A stretch of DNA of 64,000 bases from an uncultured bacterium (lineage in GTDB: Bacteria; Acidobacteriota; UBA6911; RPQK01; JADFOI01), in contig CBDUTA010000001.1 in the NCBI GenBank assembly GCA_965369785.1, forward strand, positions 4,779-68,778. Direction: 5' to 3'. Shown one piece after another: positions 9,760-19,007 of this stretch; position 1 is the first letter of the stretch, and every line of letters begins with the position of its first letter. Position numbers and translations under genes: made by a program. The notes under the pieces were generated by a model that saw nothing but the letters and a program-made list of their open reading frames with translations, did not search any database and was not told the DNA's origin.

Positions 9760-10239
9760 CTACACCGCTTGGGCCCGGGTTCGACGAGGTTCACAAATGA
9801 CGGCCATCGTGTGCCCTACTTCTGAATAATTGACTTGCCTGTCCTGGGCCCTCTTGTTCTCTTCTCTTGCTGCCATCGTAGCAATGTCGTTGAGAGAAAG
9901 CAGACCTTGAAGGTGTTGCTTGCGATCAATGACGGGAAGACGGCGCACCTTTTTGGTCTCCATCAGATTCTCGGCGGCGCTCACTTCCTGCTGGGGTGTA
10001 CAGGAATACAGCTCTGTGCTCATGACACTGGAAATAGGAATTTCCCCCAGAGTTTTGCCTTGCATGCAGGCTGCCATACAAATATCACGGTCTGTGAGCA
10101 TGCCGATGACCTGGGATTCCTCATCGGTGATAGGCACACAACCGAAGTCCAACTCCCACATGACCTGGGCTGCTTTCTGCAGGTTGTCGCTGGAGCGACA
10201 AGTAGCGACCTCTTTTGTCATTAATTGCTTGACTTTCAT
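9760..10239 (-). CDS. CBS-domain pair protein
   Basis: Two CBS repeats (VATCRSSDNLQKAAQVM ... VPITDEE; MSTELYSCTPQQEVSAAENLM ... LPVIDRKQHLQGLLSLNDI). A strong AAAGGAGGAG Shine-Dalgarno. Confidence 0.8.
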   Translation of the reverse strand: MKVKQLMTKEVATCRSSDNLQKAAQVMWELDFGCVPITDEESQVIGMLTDRDICMAACMQGKTLGEIPISSVMSTELYSCTPQQEVSAAENLMETKKVRRLPVIDRKQHLQGLLSLNDIATMAAREENKRAQDRQVNYSEVGHTMAVICEPRRTRAQAV

Positions 10240-10267
10240 AACTCCTCCTTTTTTGGTAAGGCCGAGA

Positions 10268-11248
10268 TTATCCCCGCCCTACAGCACCCGAAAAATGGGT
10301 TTCGAAACAAGAGACCGCTGTGAAGTTTGGTCGCTTTCCGAGCCGGTCCAGCGTTTCAAGTACCCGCGCTGGCCGGCCCCAGTCACTCCATTCCACATCG
10401 GTCATGGGAAGAACCACCGCCTGCTTGGCTGCGCGCTGAAGCAGGTCGCGTGAAAAGTTCGCTGACGGCATGTCCCTGTAGATGTGGCACAGCGCGATTT
10501 GCTCCTGCTCTTCACCGACTCGACCCTGCTGGATTCCCTTCAGCACCCGACGCAGTGTTTCAAATCGGTTCATCATGGCTGGAAAGAACTTTTGACCCAG
10601 TGCCCAAAGGGTCCTGATTTGCACAGCCATGATCATCGTGTTCCACAGATAACCGAGACCGAGAAACTTCTCGGCGCCACTGGCTGAAGGCTTTTCCTGA
10701 AAGCTCAAGACATCCCTTGCCGCCTCCCGCGAACTCCAGACCCAGCCTTTCTTGAGCGCGCCTGGTTCGATCCAGCCATAGTCTGGTTCTGGACAATCTG
10801 GCCTGGCCCCAAGCAGGACCACCCGATCCTGCAAAGCTTGAGCGAGCAATCCAGCTCGAAGGAGGTGGGCCAGAAATTGCTCCTCCGGAAAGACAAAATG
10901 ATCGGATGGGAAGATGAAAACGGTCGCCGAGGGGTCTGCGGCCATGATGTAGGTGGCGGGAAGAAAAATCCCGGGACCCGTATCCCGGTTGTGCGGCTGC
11001 TCAATGACGAGCCCAGGAATCTGTGAGCTGAGAAAAGCACGATGCCCCCGACCAACTACGGTTACAATGCGTTGAGGATCGACCACTTTCCGAGCGCGAT
11101 CGATGGTGTGCTCCAACATCGAGCGCGTTCCTACAAAGCTACAATACTGTTTGGGCCGCGGGGATCCCAGCCAGCCTTCCGTGAACGAGTGCATACGTGT
11201 TCCGTTGCCACCCGAAAGAATGATTGTCCACTGCTTCCTAGAATCCAT
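10268..11248 (-). CDS. sugar-1-phosphate nucleotidyltransferase (mannose-1-phosphate guanylyltransferase-like)
   Basis: An N-terminal ILSGGNGTRMHS...PKQY signature of GDP-mannose pyrophosphorylase-type NTP transferases. Confidence 0.7.
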   Translation of the reverse strand: MDSRKQWTIILSGGNGTRMHSFTEGWLGSPRPKQYCSFVGTRSMLEHTIDRARKVVDPQRIVTVVGRGHRAFLSSQIPGLVIEQPHNRDTGPGIFLPATYIMAADPSATVFIFPSDHFVFPEEQFLAHLLRAGLLAQALQDRVVLLGARPDCPEPDYGWIEPGALKKGWVWSSREAARDVLSFQEKPSASGAEKFLGLGYLWNTMIMAVQIRTLWALGQKFFPAMMNRFETLRRVLKGIQQGRVGEEQEQIALCHIYRDMPSANFSRDLLQRAAKQAVVLPMTDVEWSDWGRPARVLETLDRLGKRPNFTAVSCFETHFSGAVGRG

Positions 11249-11291
11249 GATCTCCTCCGTGACTTATCAATGAGTGCGTTAGTATTTGGTT

Positions 11292-11576
11292 TTACCTCTG
11301 GGCTCCACTTCCTGACATAGGGCTGTCTTTAACATCCAACTCCGCCAAGTCCACCTCTCGGCAAGCCAAGTAAAGTCCATCCTGGGTCTGGATCTCATAG
11401 AAAGCACTCGCTCTCCCCCGTTGAGCTGAAACACCACCCGTGACGGTCCCCGCAACTGTTTCCCTCGCAACTCCCTTTCCGTTCTTAAGCCTAAGCAAGA
11501 CCTTGTCACCCAATTTGAAGCCGAAGTTTGCCCCGTTGGTTTCTGTGAGTTGTATATATTCGTCATTGCTTCTCAT
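11292..11576 (-). CDS. hypothetical small protein
   Basis: A 94-aa ORF with a protein-like composition and no recognisable motif. Confidence 0.3.
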   Translation of the reverse strand: MRSNDEYIQLTETNGANFGFKLGDKVLLRLKNGKGVARETVAGTVTGGVSAQRGRASAFYEIQTQDGLYLACREVDLAELDVKDSPMSGSGAQR

Positions 11577-11760
11577 ACTTTGGCTCAGCAGCGTGGTTTT
11601 GGAACCGTCCTCCGATATTTAGCGAGTTAACACTCTTTTGAGACGTCTTCTCGACCTTAATTGAGCAGCGCAGGCTCGCACAACTGGGAACAATACGGGT
11701 TATCCGGAAAAAAAGTTACAGGTGCAGATACAAACGGATTCTTGGAGCTTGAAAGGGTAA

Positions 11761-12186
11761 CTACTCTTGTAGGAGAGGTGAGACGTAAGCGCGCCCCTGG
11801 AGTGCCTCGCGAACTGCGACCACCAGGTCCGTATCCGCACACATCTTCAGCACATAGCCCAAGGCCCCGGTAGCCAAAGCAGCGTCTACAATGAACGGGT
11901 CGTGATGTATGGTCAAAAAGATCATCTTTGCGTTGAATTTGTCTTTCCTGAGTTGCCTGACAGCCTCGATGCCGCTGAGGACCGGCATCGAGATGTCGAC
12001 GACGATAAGATCGGGTTTTAACCTCTCCGCAGCCTCCAGGAGCGATTGCCCATCTCCCACCGCCCCAACCACTTCGAACTCGTCTTCCAGCAAGCACCGA
12101 ACTCTATCAAGCACCGCTTCTGCGTCATCAGCCAATAGGACGCGAGGTCGCTTGGTATCTGTTCCCAAAAGCTGCCGGCCAAGCAA
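11761..12186 (-). CDS. response-regulator receiver domain only (NarL/FixJ-type REC lacking the LuxR HTH); truncated paralogue of the RR at 12647..13288
   Basis: VLLADDAE...GAVGDGQSLL...PDLIVVDISMP...KMIFLTIHHD...GALGYVLK aligns residue-for-residue with the N-terminal 2/3 of the downstream full-length RR, but it stops before any HTH. Confidence 0.6.
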   Translation of the reverse strand: MLGRQLLGTDTKRPRVLLADDAEAVLDRVRCLLEDEFEVVGAVGDGQSLLEAAERLKPDLIVVDISMPVLSGIEAVRQLRKDKFNAKMIFLTIHHDPFIVDAALATGALGYVLKMCADTDLVVAVREALQGRAYVSPLLQE

Positions 12187-12646
12187 TAGAGCCCCCCCTA
12201 AAATACAGCAACCATAAAGTGGTCTGCGAGAAGAAGCCTCTCTAGTCAGCCCAAGAGCCTCCTAACCTGGCTCCACAGGATCGATCGCAGCTTCTTCAAC
12301 CTCCCACGACTGGCATCTACTAGCTTAGCTAGCTAGGCCATGACGTCTACTCGGAAAAGTCCCAGGTTCTGCGACGAATATTGCGGGCCAGCCAAGGGAA
12401 GGAGCTCGCTTAGTACTCACTTTCAAAAATACGATAACGTTTGTTGGGAGCGCGACGGAGCCCAGATCGAGACGAGACGACGAGTCGATGCAGGGACATC
12501 GGCGAGGAGGAGCAACAAAGAGATGGGCCCGTCCCGCTCCAACCCTTCGGGCGGATGGGGGTTGCGGGCGATCTCTTTGTCTCTCGTCGCGACCTCGCCT
12601 CGTAAGCCCCATCCGCAAACGTTACCGTATTTATGAAAGGGAGTAC

Positions 12647-13288
12647 TTAGAGGGAGACAACGCCATGCTTGATGGCGTAACGGACCAAGGCGGCGGTGGT
12701 GTGAAGGCCCAGTCTTTCCATGATGGCATACTTGTGAAATTCGGCCGTTCTGGTGGAAACGTTCAAAGTGGTAGCGATTTGCTTCACAGATTGTCCTTCG
12801 GCTAGCAACTGTAGTACCTCTCGCTGGCGGGGGCTAAGCTTCACGGAAGGCTTGTCGTGCTGGTCCCTGCCCTCCATGAACGAATACAGTACACCTTTCG
12901 CAACCAGTGGACTTAGATAGACTCGCCCCTTCAGCACCTCTCGAATTGCCGTTAAGAGCTCCTCAGCTGCGGATTGTTTTAAAAGATAGCCGGAGGCCCC
13001 CGCTTGAAAAGCCTCGGCAGAATAATTGACATCTGCGTGCATCGTCAGGAAGATGATTTTCGTTCTCCGGTCGGCTTTCATTATCTGTCGGGTGGCTTCA
13101 AGACCATTCAATGAAGGCATCGAGATATCCGTTATGACCACATCCGGGTGGAGCTTCTCGGTGGCCGCGACCAGAGCTCGCCCATCTCCCACCGCCCCAA
13201 CAAGTTCGAACTCAGGTTCCAGGATACGTCGCAGGCCTTCGACAACGATAGTATGGTCATCCGCCAGCAGGACCGTTGGGCGCTTCAT
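12647..13288 (-). CDS. NarL/FixJ-family response regulator (REC + LuxR-type HTH)
   Basis: An LLADDH receiver with an Asp pocket. The C-terminal LSPRQREVLQLLAEGQSVKQIATTLNVSTRTAEFHKYAIMERLG is a LuxR HTH. Confidence 0.85.
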   Translation of the reverse strand: MKRPTVLLADDHTIVVEGLRRILEPEFELVGAVGDGRALVAATEKLHPDVVITDISMPSLNGLEATRQIMKADRRTKIIFLTMHADVNYSAEAFQAGASGYLLKQSAAEELLTAIREVLKGRVYLSPLVAKGVLYSFMEGRDQHDKPSVKLSPRQREVLQLLAEGQSVKQIATTLNVSTRTAEFHKYAIMERLGLHTTAALVRYAIKHGVVSL

Positions 13289-15057
13289 GGTCCCTCCTTG
13301 CTCAGTGGTACGAACACTTCCAGTTTCGTCCCACTTCCAGGAATAGATTCCACTGAGAGATTGCCGTTTACCAGTCGGACCCGCTCCTCCATGCTGATCA
13401 AGCCCAGGGTTTCTTTCTTGTAGGCCTTCTCCATATCGAAGCCGACACCGGCGTCAGAAATGGAAAGCTGCAGCCCGGCATTAGCTCCTTTGAGTACCAT
13501 CCTACACTCTTGAGTGCCGGAATGCCTGGCTACGTTGTGGAAACACTCTTGAGCAACGCGATACAAACACAGCGCCACATCCTGAGGAATGGCTTCCGGT
13601 AGATTTCGGATAGTCAGTTTGACTTGCAGCCCTATACCCTTGGAAAGCTCGGCACAGTGAGCTTTCAGCGCTGAAGGCAACCCCAGATGCTCCAGTGCTG
13701 AGGGGTGAAGGTCGTGAGACATGGAGCGGACGTCATCTGAGAGGTTCATGGCCAGACGTTGAAGCCGGATCAGTTCCACGCACACGCAGTCCCGGTCAGG
13801 AACCTGTTTCTTGAGCATTCCAATATCAACGGCCAACATGGCCAACCGTTGATTCAAACCGTCATGCAATTCGCGGGCTAGGTATCTGCGTTCTTCTTCC
13901 TGAGCCGTGATCAATCTACTAGCGAGACTACGGATCTCTTGACGACTACTCCCAAGAGCCTGCTCTCGCCGACGAAGTGTATCCTCCGCCTGCTTGCGCT
14001 CGGTGATGTCCTGAGTAGTTCCTATCATCTGAGGACCAGAAGCCTCATCGAGGGTAAGCTCTCCCCGCGCGTGAACAATGCGTTCCTGCCCGTCTGAACG
14101 AACGATTCGATACTCAGTTTCGAAGGGTTGACCATTATCGACGGTCTTTCTGATTTCTTCTGTAACACGTTCACGGTCCTCAGAATGGACACATTTTAGA
14201 AACTCTTCATAAGCGTTTTCATCGAATTGTTCAGAGGTTACTCCAAATATCCGATAGAGTTCATCTGACCAGACGGTTTTGTCGGAACCGAGATCCCACT
14301 CCCAACTTCCCAGCTGGGCTACCCGTTGGGCCCGGGTAAGCTTCTGCTGACTGTTCCGCAGCGAGTCCTCCACCAGCTTGCGCTCCTCAATTTCTCTTTC
14401 CAGATTCTTTGCGCTGGCTTGCAGCTGCGTAATCACCGGTTTGCTGACCTTACGAAACAAGCCCGTCGCAACTATGACAATGAAGAATGTGAGAGTGGTG
14501 GCTAGCAAACCTGATCTAACGAACGGTGCCCGAATCTCCGCCAGATCGATCTTTGCAACAATCCCCAGATCAAGCTCCTGAACCGGTTCATAGCCGGCCA
14601 GAACTGTTACTCCACGATAGTCCGGTCCAATCACTGAACCAGAGAGTTTATCGAGTGCTCGTCGCATCGGCTCGGCCAGTTGGGAATCAATTGGAATCGG
14701 TTCTGGATGCTCAACTGTGCCGTGACGGTGTCTGAGCAGGAAAACGATCAGATTTCCTTCGCGCCGCGCAAGCGTGAACTCTCCCGTCTCACCAAACCCT
14801 TCGTACTGCTCATGGGCATCGAAGACCTGCTTTAAGGTTGCAGCGGTCGTTCCCTCTGGATAGTCCTTGCTCCAACGAGTGTCAAAGCGGGCAATCGCTT
14901 CAATCAAACGGGCTTGACTTTCAGCCGTTTCTCGGAGTCGAGCGCGACTCTGTTCAATTTCCGTCCGGTATAGTAAAAGGATGGTAGTGGTAACGGCAAT
15001 CACGCAGGCGACGACCATGATCGCCGTCAGGAGAAAGATCCTTTGTCGTTCTGTCAT
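13285..15057 (-). CDS. sensor histidine kinase (TM - extracytoplasmic sensor - TM - PAS - HisKA_3 - HATPase_c)
   Basis: Two hydrophobic segments flank a roughly 150-aa periplasmic region. It has a PAS-like segment, an ELHDGLNQRLAML H-box of the NarX/DosS (HisKA_3) type, and a C-terminal ATPase (DAGVGF). Its stop overlaps the RR start by 4 nt. Confidence 0.85.
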   Translation of the reverse strand: MTERQRIFLLTAIMVVACVIAVTTTILLLYRTEIEQSRARLRETAESQARLIEAIARFDTRWSKDYPEGTTAATLKQVFDAHEQYEGFGETGEFTLARREGNLIVFLLRHRHGTVEHPEPIPIDSQLAEPMRRALDKLSGSVIGPDYRGVTVLAGYEPVQELDLGIVAKIDLAEIRAPFVRSGLLATTLTFFIVIVATGLFRKVSKPVITQLQASAKNLEREIEERKLVEDSLRNSQQKLTRAQRVAQLGSWEWDLGSDKTVWSDELYRIFGVTSEQFDENAYEEFLKCVHSEDRERVTEEIRKTVDNGQPFETEYRIVRSDGQERIVHARGELTLDEASGPQMIGTTQDITERKQAEDTLRRREQALGSSRQEIRSLASRLITAQEEERRYLARELHDGLNQRLAMLAVDIGMLKKQVPDRDCVCVELIRLQRLAMNLSDDVRSMSHDLHPSALEHLGLPSALKAHCAELSKGIGLQVKLTIRNLPEAIPQDVALCLYRVAQECFHNVARHSGTQECRMVLKGANAGLQLSISDAGVGFDMEKAYKKETLGLISMEERVRLVNGNLSVESIPGSGTKLEVFVPLSKEGP

Positions 15058-15094
15058 TTACACTCGCCCCATTGGGCGTCCAACAACACGCTCG

Positions 15095-15568
15095 TCAGTC
15101 TGAATCCGAACAACACTCCATCTCACGCTCACTCTTGCCGCCCGGTTTACCGGGGCCGAGCAATTGGGAGGCAGCAACCAGCGCAGCCCTTAATAATAGC
15201 TCCAAGGGAACGGCCTCGTAAACATCGTCTCCCAATTCGAGCGTCCGGCATTCGGAATCACCACAGACGGAACAACAAGGGCTGCTTGTCACGCGCGCGC
15301 CAAGCCACTCCTCAAGAGGCTTCCCAGAAATCCAGACGCGGTTCGATTGGAAAGGATCCGCTTTGAATGAAATTAGGTCTATCTTCTTGATTTCAAGGGT
15401 TGGCTCTATGCCCAAGGGTCGGAGCACCTCCTTGAGCTTCGCTACAGCTTGCTGCAGCGCCTCATTTGTGGCACCGCATCGATCGCACGTCTGCCCGCTG
15501 GTGTCAACCAAGCGCTGCCAGATGATCGGCAATGACTTCATCGGTTTCGGCTCCTCTATGTCTGGCAT
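15095..15568 (-). CDS. DUF2703-like Cys-motif protein
   Basis: IIWQRLVDTSGQTCDRCGAT...SPCCSVCGDSEC. It lies immediately upstream of the HK and is co-oriented with it. The start may be the internal MKSLPIIW. Confidence 0.45.
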   Translation of the reverse strand: MPDIEEPKPMKSLPIIWQRLVDTSGQTCDRCGATNEALQQAVAKLKEVLRPLGIEPTLEIKKIDLISFKADPFQSNRVWISGKPLEEWLGARVTSSPCCSVCGDSECRTLELGDDVYEAVPLELLLRAALVAASQLLGPGKPGGKSEREMECCSDSD

Positions 15569-15707
15569 CTAACAGTCCAGATGAGCGGCGTGGCCAGCCT
15601 TGACGCTGGCAAAGTGCAACCCGAGGACTCCGGTGCCCATCTCAGTTTCGATACTACCCGAAGAATGAGGCCACGTCCGCTCCATCTGAGGGTTAGACCA
15701 CGCCCAT

Positions 15708-16184
15708 TTAGACCGACGGTGCGGAGTTCCTCTCCGCGGACAGGAGAGCTCGTAAATTGACGCCCACTTCTCTCATGTGCTGCCGGATCGCCTCAATAGG
15801 TTTGGAAAGCAGGGCTTTGAGAGCGGCGTCCAATAAGGCTCCTATGAGAGGAATTGACCAACCAAGGAAGATCTCAGCGACGAGCTCCGTGCCTCCCTCG
15901 GTCGGCCGCATGCGAAATCGGCCGCGGACACCCGGACGGACCCGATATTTGAACTCACGTCCAGCTCCAACCTCCGTTAGCGTGAACTTAAGTCTATGGA
16001 GTCGGCCGTCGAGATACTCTTCCGCATAGAGCACGGAGCCGTCTTCGAGTGCACGCCCACGGACGTAGCTACATGATACGTGAGCTGGATGCCACGAGCA
16101 ATAGTTATCCTCCAAGTGCCTAAACCAATCAAAAACACGCTCCGATGATGCCTCTATTTCGACGACGTCACGCAAGCTAAGCAT
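15708..16184 (-). CDS. SRPBCC (START/Bet v1-like, polyketide cyclase/dehydrase-type) protein
   Basis: 158 aa with an N-terminal IEASSERVFDWF and the general SRPBCC pattern. Confidence 0.6.
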   Translation of the reverse strand: MLSLRDVVEIEASSERVFDWFRHLEDNYCSWHPAHVSCSYVRGRALEDGSVLYAEEYLDGRLHRLKFTLTEVGAGREFKYRVRPGVRGRFRMRPTEGGTELVAEIFLGWSIPLIGALLDAALKALLSKPIEAIRQHMREVGVNLRALLSAERNSAPSV

Positions 16185-16746
16185 GGTCGAGTGGTCTCAC
16201 ATGTATTGAATCGTTGGGCCCTGTTTAGAGTGCTGTCAGCGTAGACTTAACAGAGCCCTTGCGTATAACACTTTCTTTAACACTCTTTCCGGGTCTGTTA
16301 TTCATTTCTTCGGAGATTATCCCGCTCGAACGTTGTGGATTATGGATAGCCTCAATATAGCAGCGGAGAAAAGGCCGGTCCACAACTTTTGGGAGAAGCG
16401 CCATGGGCAAACTGAGAGTTGCTGGATCAGGCTCGAAACCTGATCCAGGGACACCCTCCGCGACGACCCACGATTCCAAGACCTGCTGCGCATGAATTTA
16501 GAACTCTAGAGCAGCCAATGAGGCATTTTTCTCTCCTATTCGTGTTGCGACGTTCAACCTAAACAAACTGTTCGATCGGTTTAACTTCCATGCAGCGATC
16601 CCGGAGCGCTCCCGGGAGGGAATCAAGGAGGGTCGAGGTTTCACCACTACTGGTGTAGGCGAGTTCGTGTGGGTGTTTGGTAAGAAGGGTGTCGATACTT
16701 TTGCGGGTGATGGTGAAGTTGTTACCCGTGTGCGGAGGCGTACTCC

Positions 16747-17784
16747 CTATCTTCCCATCTCTTTCAAAACTCGCTCACGTCGCTGCTGGGCTAGCTCTCG
16801 GAGGTCTACAACCTGGTCAAACTCATCCACAATCTCACGACCCAGGATTTCCTCCAGCACATCCTCTAAAGTCACCACGCCAACCCATTCCCCGAATTCA
16901 CCGATGACCATGAACAGGTGTTGCCGCCTTTCAAGGAACTGTCTCAGAAGGGTGTCTAAGGCAAGCGAGTCGGGGACAAAATGAACCGGACGTAGGAGCT
17001 TTATCAAGCGTACTTCTCTCGGATCTTCCACCTGGCTTGACAACACTTCGCGCCGGTGGATGATCCCCACAACGTCTTCGGAGTCCTTATCATAAACTGG
17101 AATTCGACTGTAATTGAGAATACCTTCCGTCTGGCGCACCTCCTCAACAGACAGGCGAATACTTAAGGAAAAGGCCACACTCCTAGGTGTCATGATGGAT
17201 CGGACCTTCTTCGATTCCAGGGAAAGAATGTTCTGAATCACTTCTGCTTCATCCGGCTCTATGGAACCCGCCTGGAGGCCAAGACGGGTCATCAGGACTA
17301 ATTCTTCCTCAGAAACGGTTTTCTCCAGACTCTCTTTGGACACGAACCGAGTAGCGAGTTGGCACAGCCAAATCATGGGAGTAAAAAACCAGACCAGAAA
17401 CTGAAGAGGCTGGGCAATCAGTGTCGCAAGAGGTCGACTGTAAACCACCCCTGCTGTTTTGGGTATTACCTCAGAGAAAATCAGAATCGCCAAAGTGAAG
17501 AAAACGGAAAAATATCCGATCCACTGAGATCCAAAAACGGCTACGGCAAAGGCGCCCGAGAGAGCTGCACCTGCAGTGTGGGCGATGGTGTTCAGAGAGA
17601 GAATTGCCGCTATGGGTCGGTCGATTTCCTGGCGAAATCCTTTCAACAATCTCCCCGACGCAGAACCCGTCTGGGCTAAGGATTCAATGTGGGTTCTTGG
17701 GACGGTATACAGAACCGCTTCAAATAGAGAACACAGGGCGGAAACGACTAAAACGAAGCTGACGGAAATCACTAGTTCGATCAT
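16747..17784 (-). CDS. CNNM/HlyC-CorC family transporter (DUF21 membrane domain + CBS pair)
   Basis: An N-terminal 4-helix DUF21 region, then two CBS motifs (IMTPRSVAFSL... and VGVVTLEDVLEEI). Confidence 0.8.
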   Translation of the reverse strand: MIELVISVSFVLVVSALCSLFEAVLYTVPRTHIESLAQTGSASGRLLKGFRQEIDRPIAAILSLNTIAHTAGAALSGAFAVAVFGSQWIGYFSVFFTLAILIFSEVIPKTAGVVYSRPLATLIAQPLQFLVWFFTPMIWLCQLATRFVSKESLEKTVSEEELVLMTRLGLQAGSIEPDEAEVIQNILSLESKKVRSIMTPRSVAFSLSIRLSVEEVRQTEGILNYSRIPVYDKDSEDVVGIIHRREVLSSQVEDPREVRLIKLLRPVHFVPDSLALDTLLRQFLERRQHLFMVIGEFGEWVGVVTLEDVLEEILGREIVDEFDQVVDLRELAQQRRERVLKEMGR

Positions 17785-17854
17785 GACTAAAAATTAACTC
17801 CATTTGATAAGATCCAGAGTTGAGAACTCAAGAGAATCGGTGCCAGATCAGTCT

Positions 17855-18439
17855 TTAACCCAACCTAGGTACAAACCGGGGTACTCTACGGCAATACTCT
17901 TCATACTCCTTCCCAAAGCGACCACGCAGTTCCCTCTCCTCCAGTACTACAATCACGTACATGACAGGAAGCCATACGAGGAAAACTGCATAGACCACCA
18001 GATAGTTGGTGAATACGGCGTAACCAAGCAAGGCTAGAGCTATCTGAACATAGCAAGGATGCCGGATCTTTGCGTAAAGCCCTTGTGTCACGAGCTGGCT
18101 CGGATGTCCCTCGGGATCTAACTCAGGTAGGCCCATGAGTACCTTGGTTGTAATGTGTCGATGCAACATGGCCCGTAGTTTGCCTGCCAAAGCCAGACAC
18201 ACCACTCCCACGGCCAGAAGAAAATAATGGGTTCCAAACTCGACGGCTAATAGGGACTGGCGAATGCGAAAAACAGCTACCATTCCAAGCACTAAAGATC
18301 CCCAAACAATGCTGTAGGTCCAGACTGGTCCGAGCTTTCGCCAAAAGCGGATGAAGGTGTGAATCAAGATCCAGAAGAGGAGTGCAACCGGGAACGTTAC
18401 GACTAGTATTAAAGCTAGAAAGTAACGGATAGAGTCCAT
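17855..18439 (-). CDS. isoprenylcysteine carboxyl methyltransferase / phospholipid methyltransferase-family membrane protein
   Basis: LVTQGLYAKIRHPCYV...EERELRGRFGKEYEEY is the ICMT/PEMT C-terminal signature. The start is moved to the internal Met (MDSIRYFLAL), since the upstream extension is non-membrane and Arg/Gly rich. Confidence 0.65.
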   Translation of the reverse strand: MDSIRYFLALILVVTFPVALLFWILIHTFIRFWRKLGPVWTYSIVWGSLVLGMVAVFRIRQSLLAVEFGTHYFLLAVGVVCLALAGKLRAMLHRHITTKVLMGLPELDPEGHPSQLVTQGLYAKIRHPCYVQIALALLGYAVFTNYLVVYAVFLVWLPVMYVIVVLEERELRGRFGKEYEEYCRRVPRFVPRLG

Positions 18440-19007
18440 AGGGTCCGGAATCGAAGTTACTTGGTCAGGAATTTCAAGGCCACATTGCGGCCCAGGCGAG
18501 TGTCCTCCACCTTGTAGACCACACCCATCTCTCCGCCGCCGGACGGTAGGCTTCGCCCATGCATCCCTGGCGATCTTTTCGATGACTTTGTAATGGCTGA
18601 TGGTCTGTCCGACCATGAAGTCCTCCCAGCTGTGTTCTAAATCTTAGACCGCCAGGCACCTAAAGACAATAGGAAGGGGTTAAGGTTAGGGTCGGCTGTC
18701 TTTCGAAACGGCCATGACGCAACTCCATGGCCATGCCATTAATTACTACACGATTCACTCGCCATGGGGAGACTACGGAGAATCTAGCTTCTACTGTGTC
18801 AGTCACTCTGATTCGCCATGGATCAATGGCACAGAAAATGCGACGTTATCGGCAGAGAGTTTTTGTAATGGGCAGGTTGCGACCAGAAAGGTGCAATCTC
18901 GGCCCACTGCGTTGAACCTGATGAAGACAACTCAGCCTCGGCGGTGAATCTCCGACGGGAGGCCTGACGAATCTGTTTGACGATGTCTGTAGTCATAGCT
19001 TTCTCCT

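Noticed and set aside
16517-16750. A plus-strand frame reading ...PIRVATFNLNKLFDRFNF..., faintly reminiscent of an endonuclease/exonuclease/phosphatase N-terminus
   Set aside because: The resemblance is weak. The frame has no start codon and runs antisense into the CNNM gene. Could not be supported.
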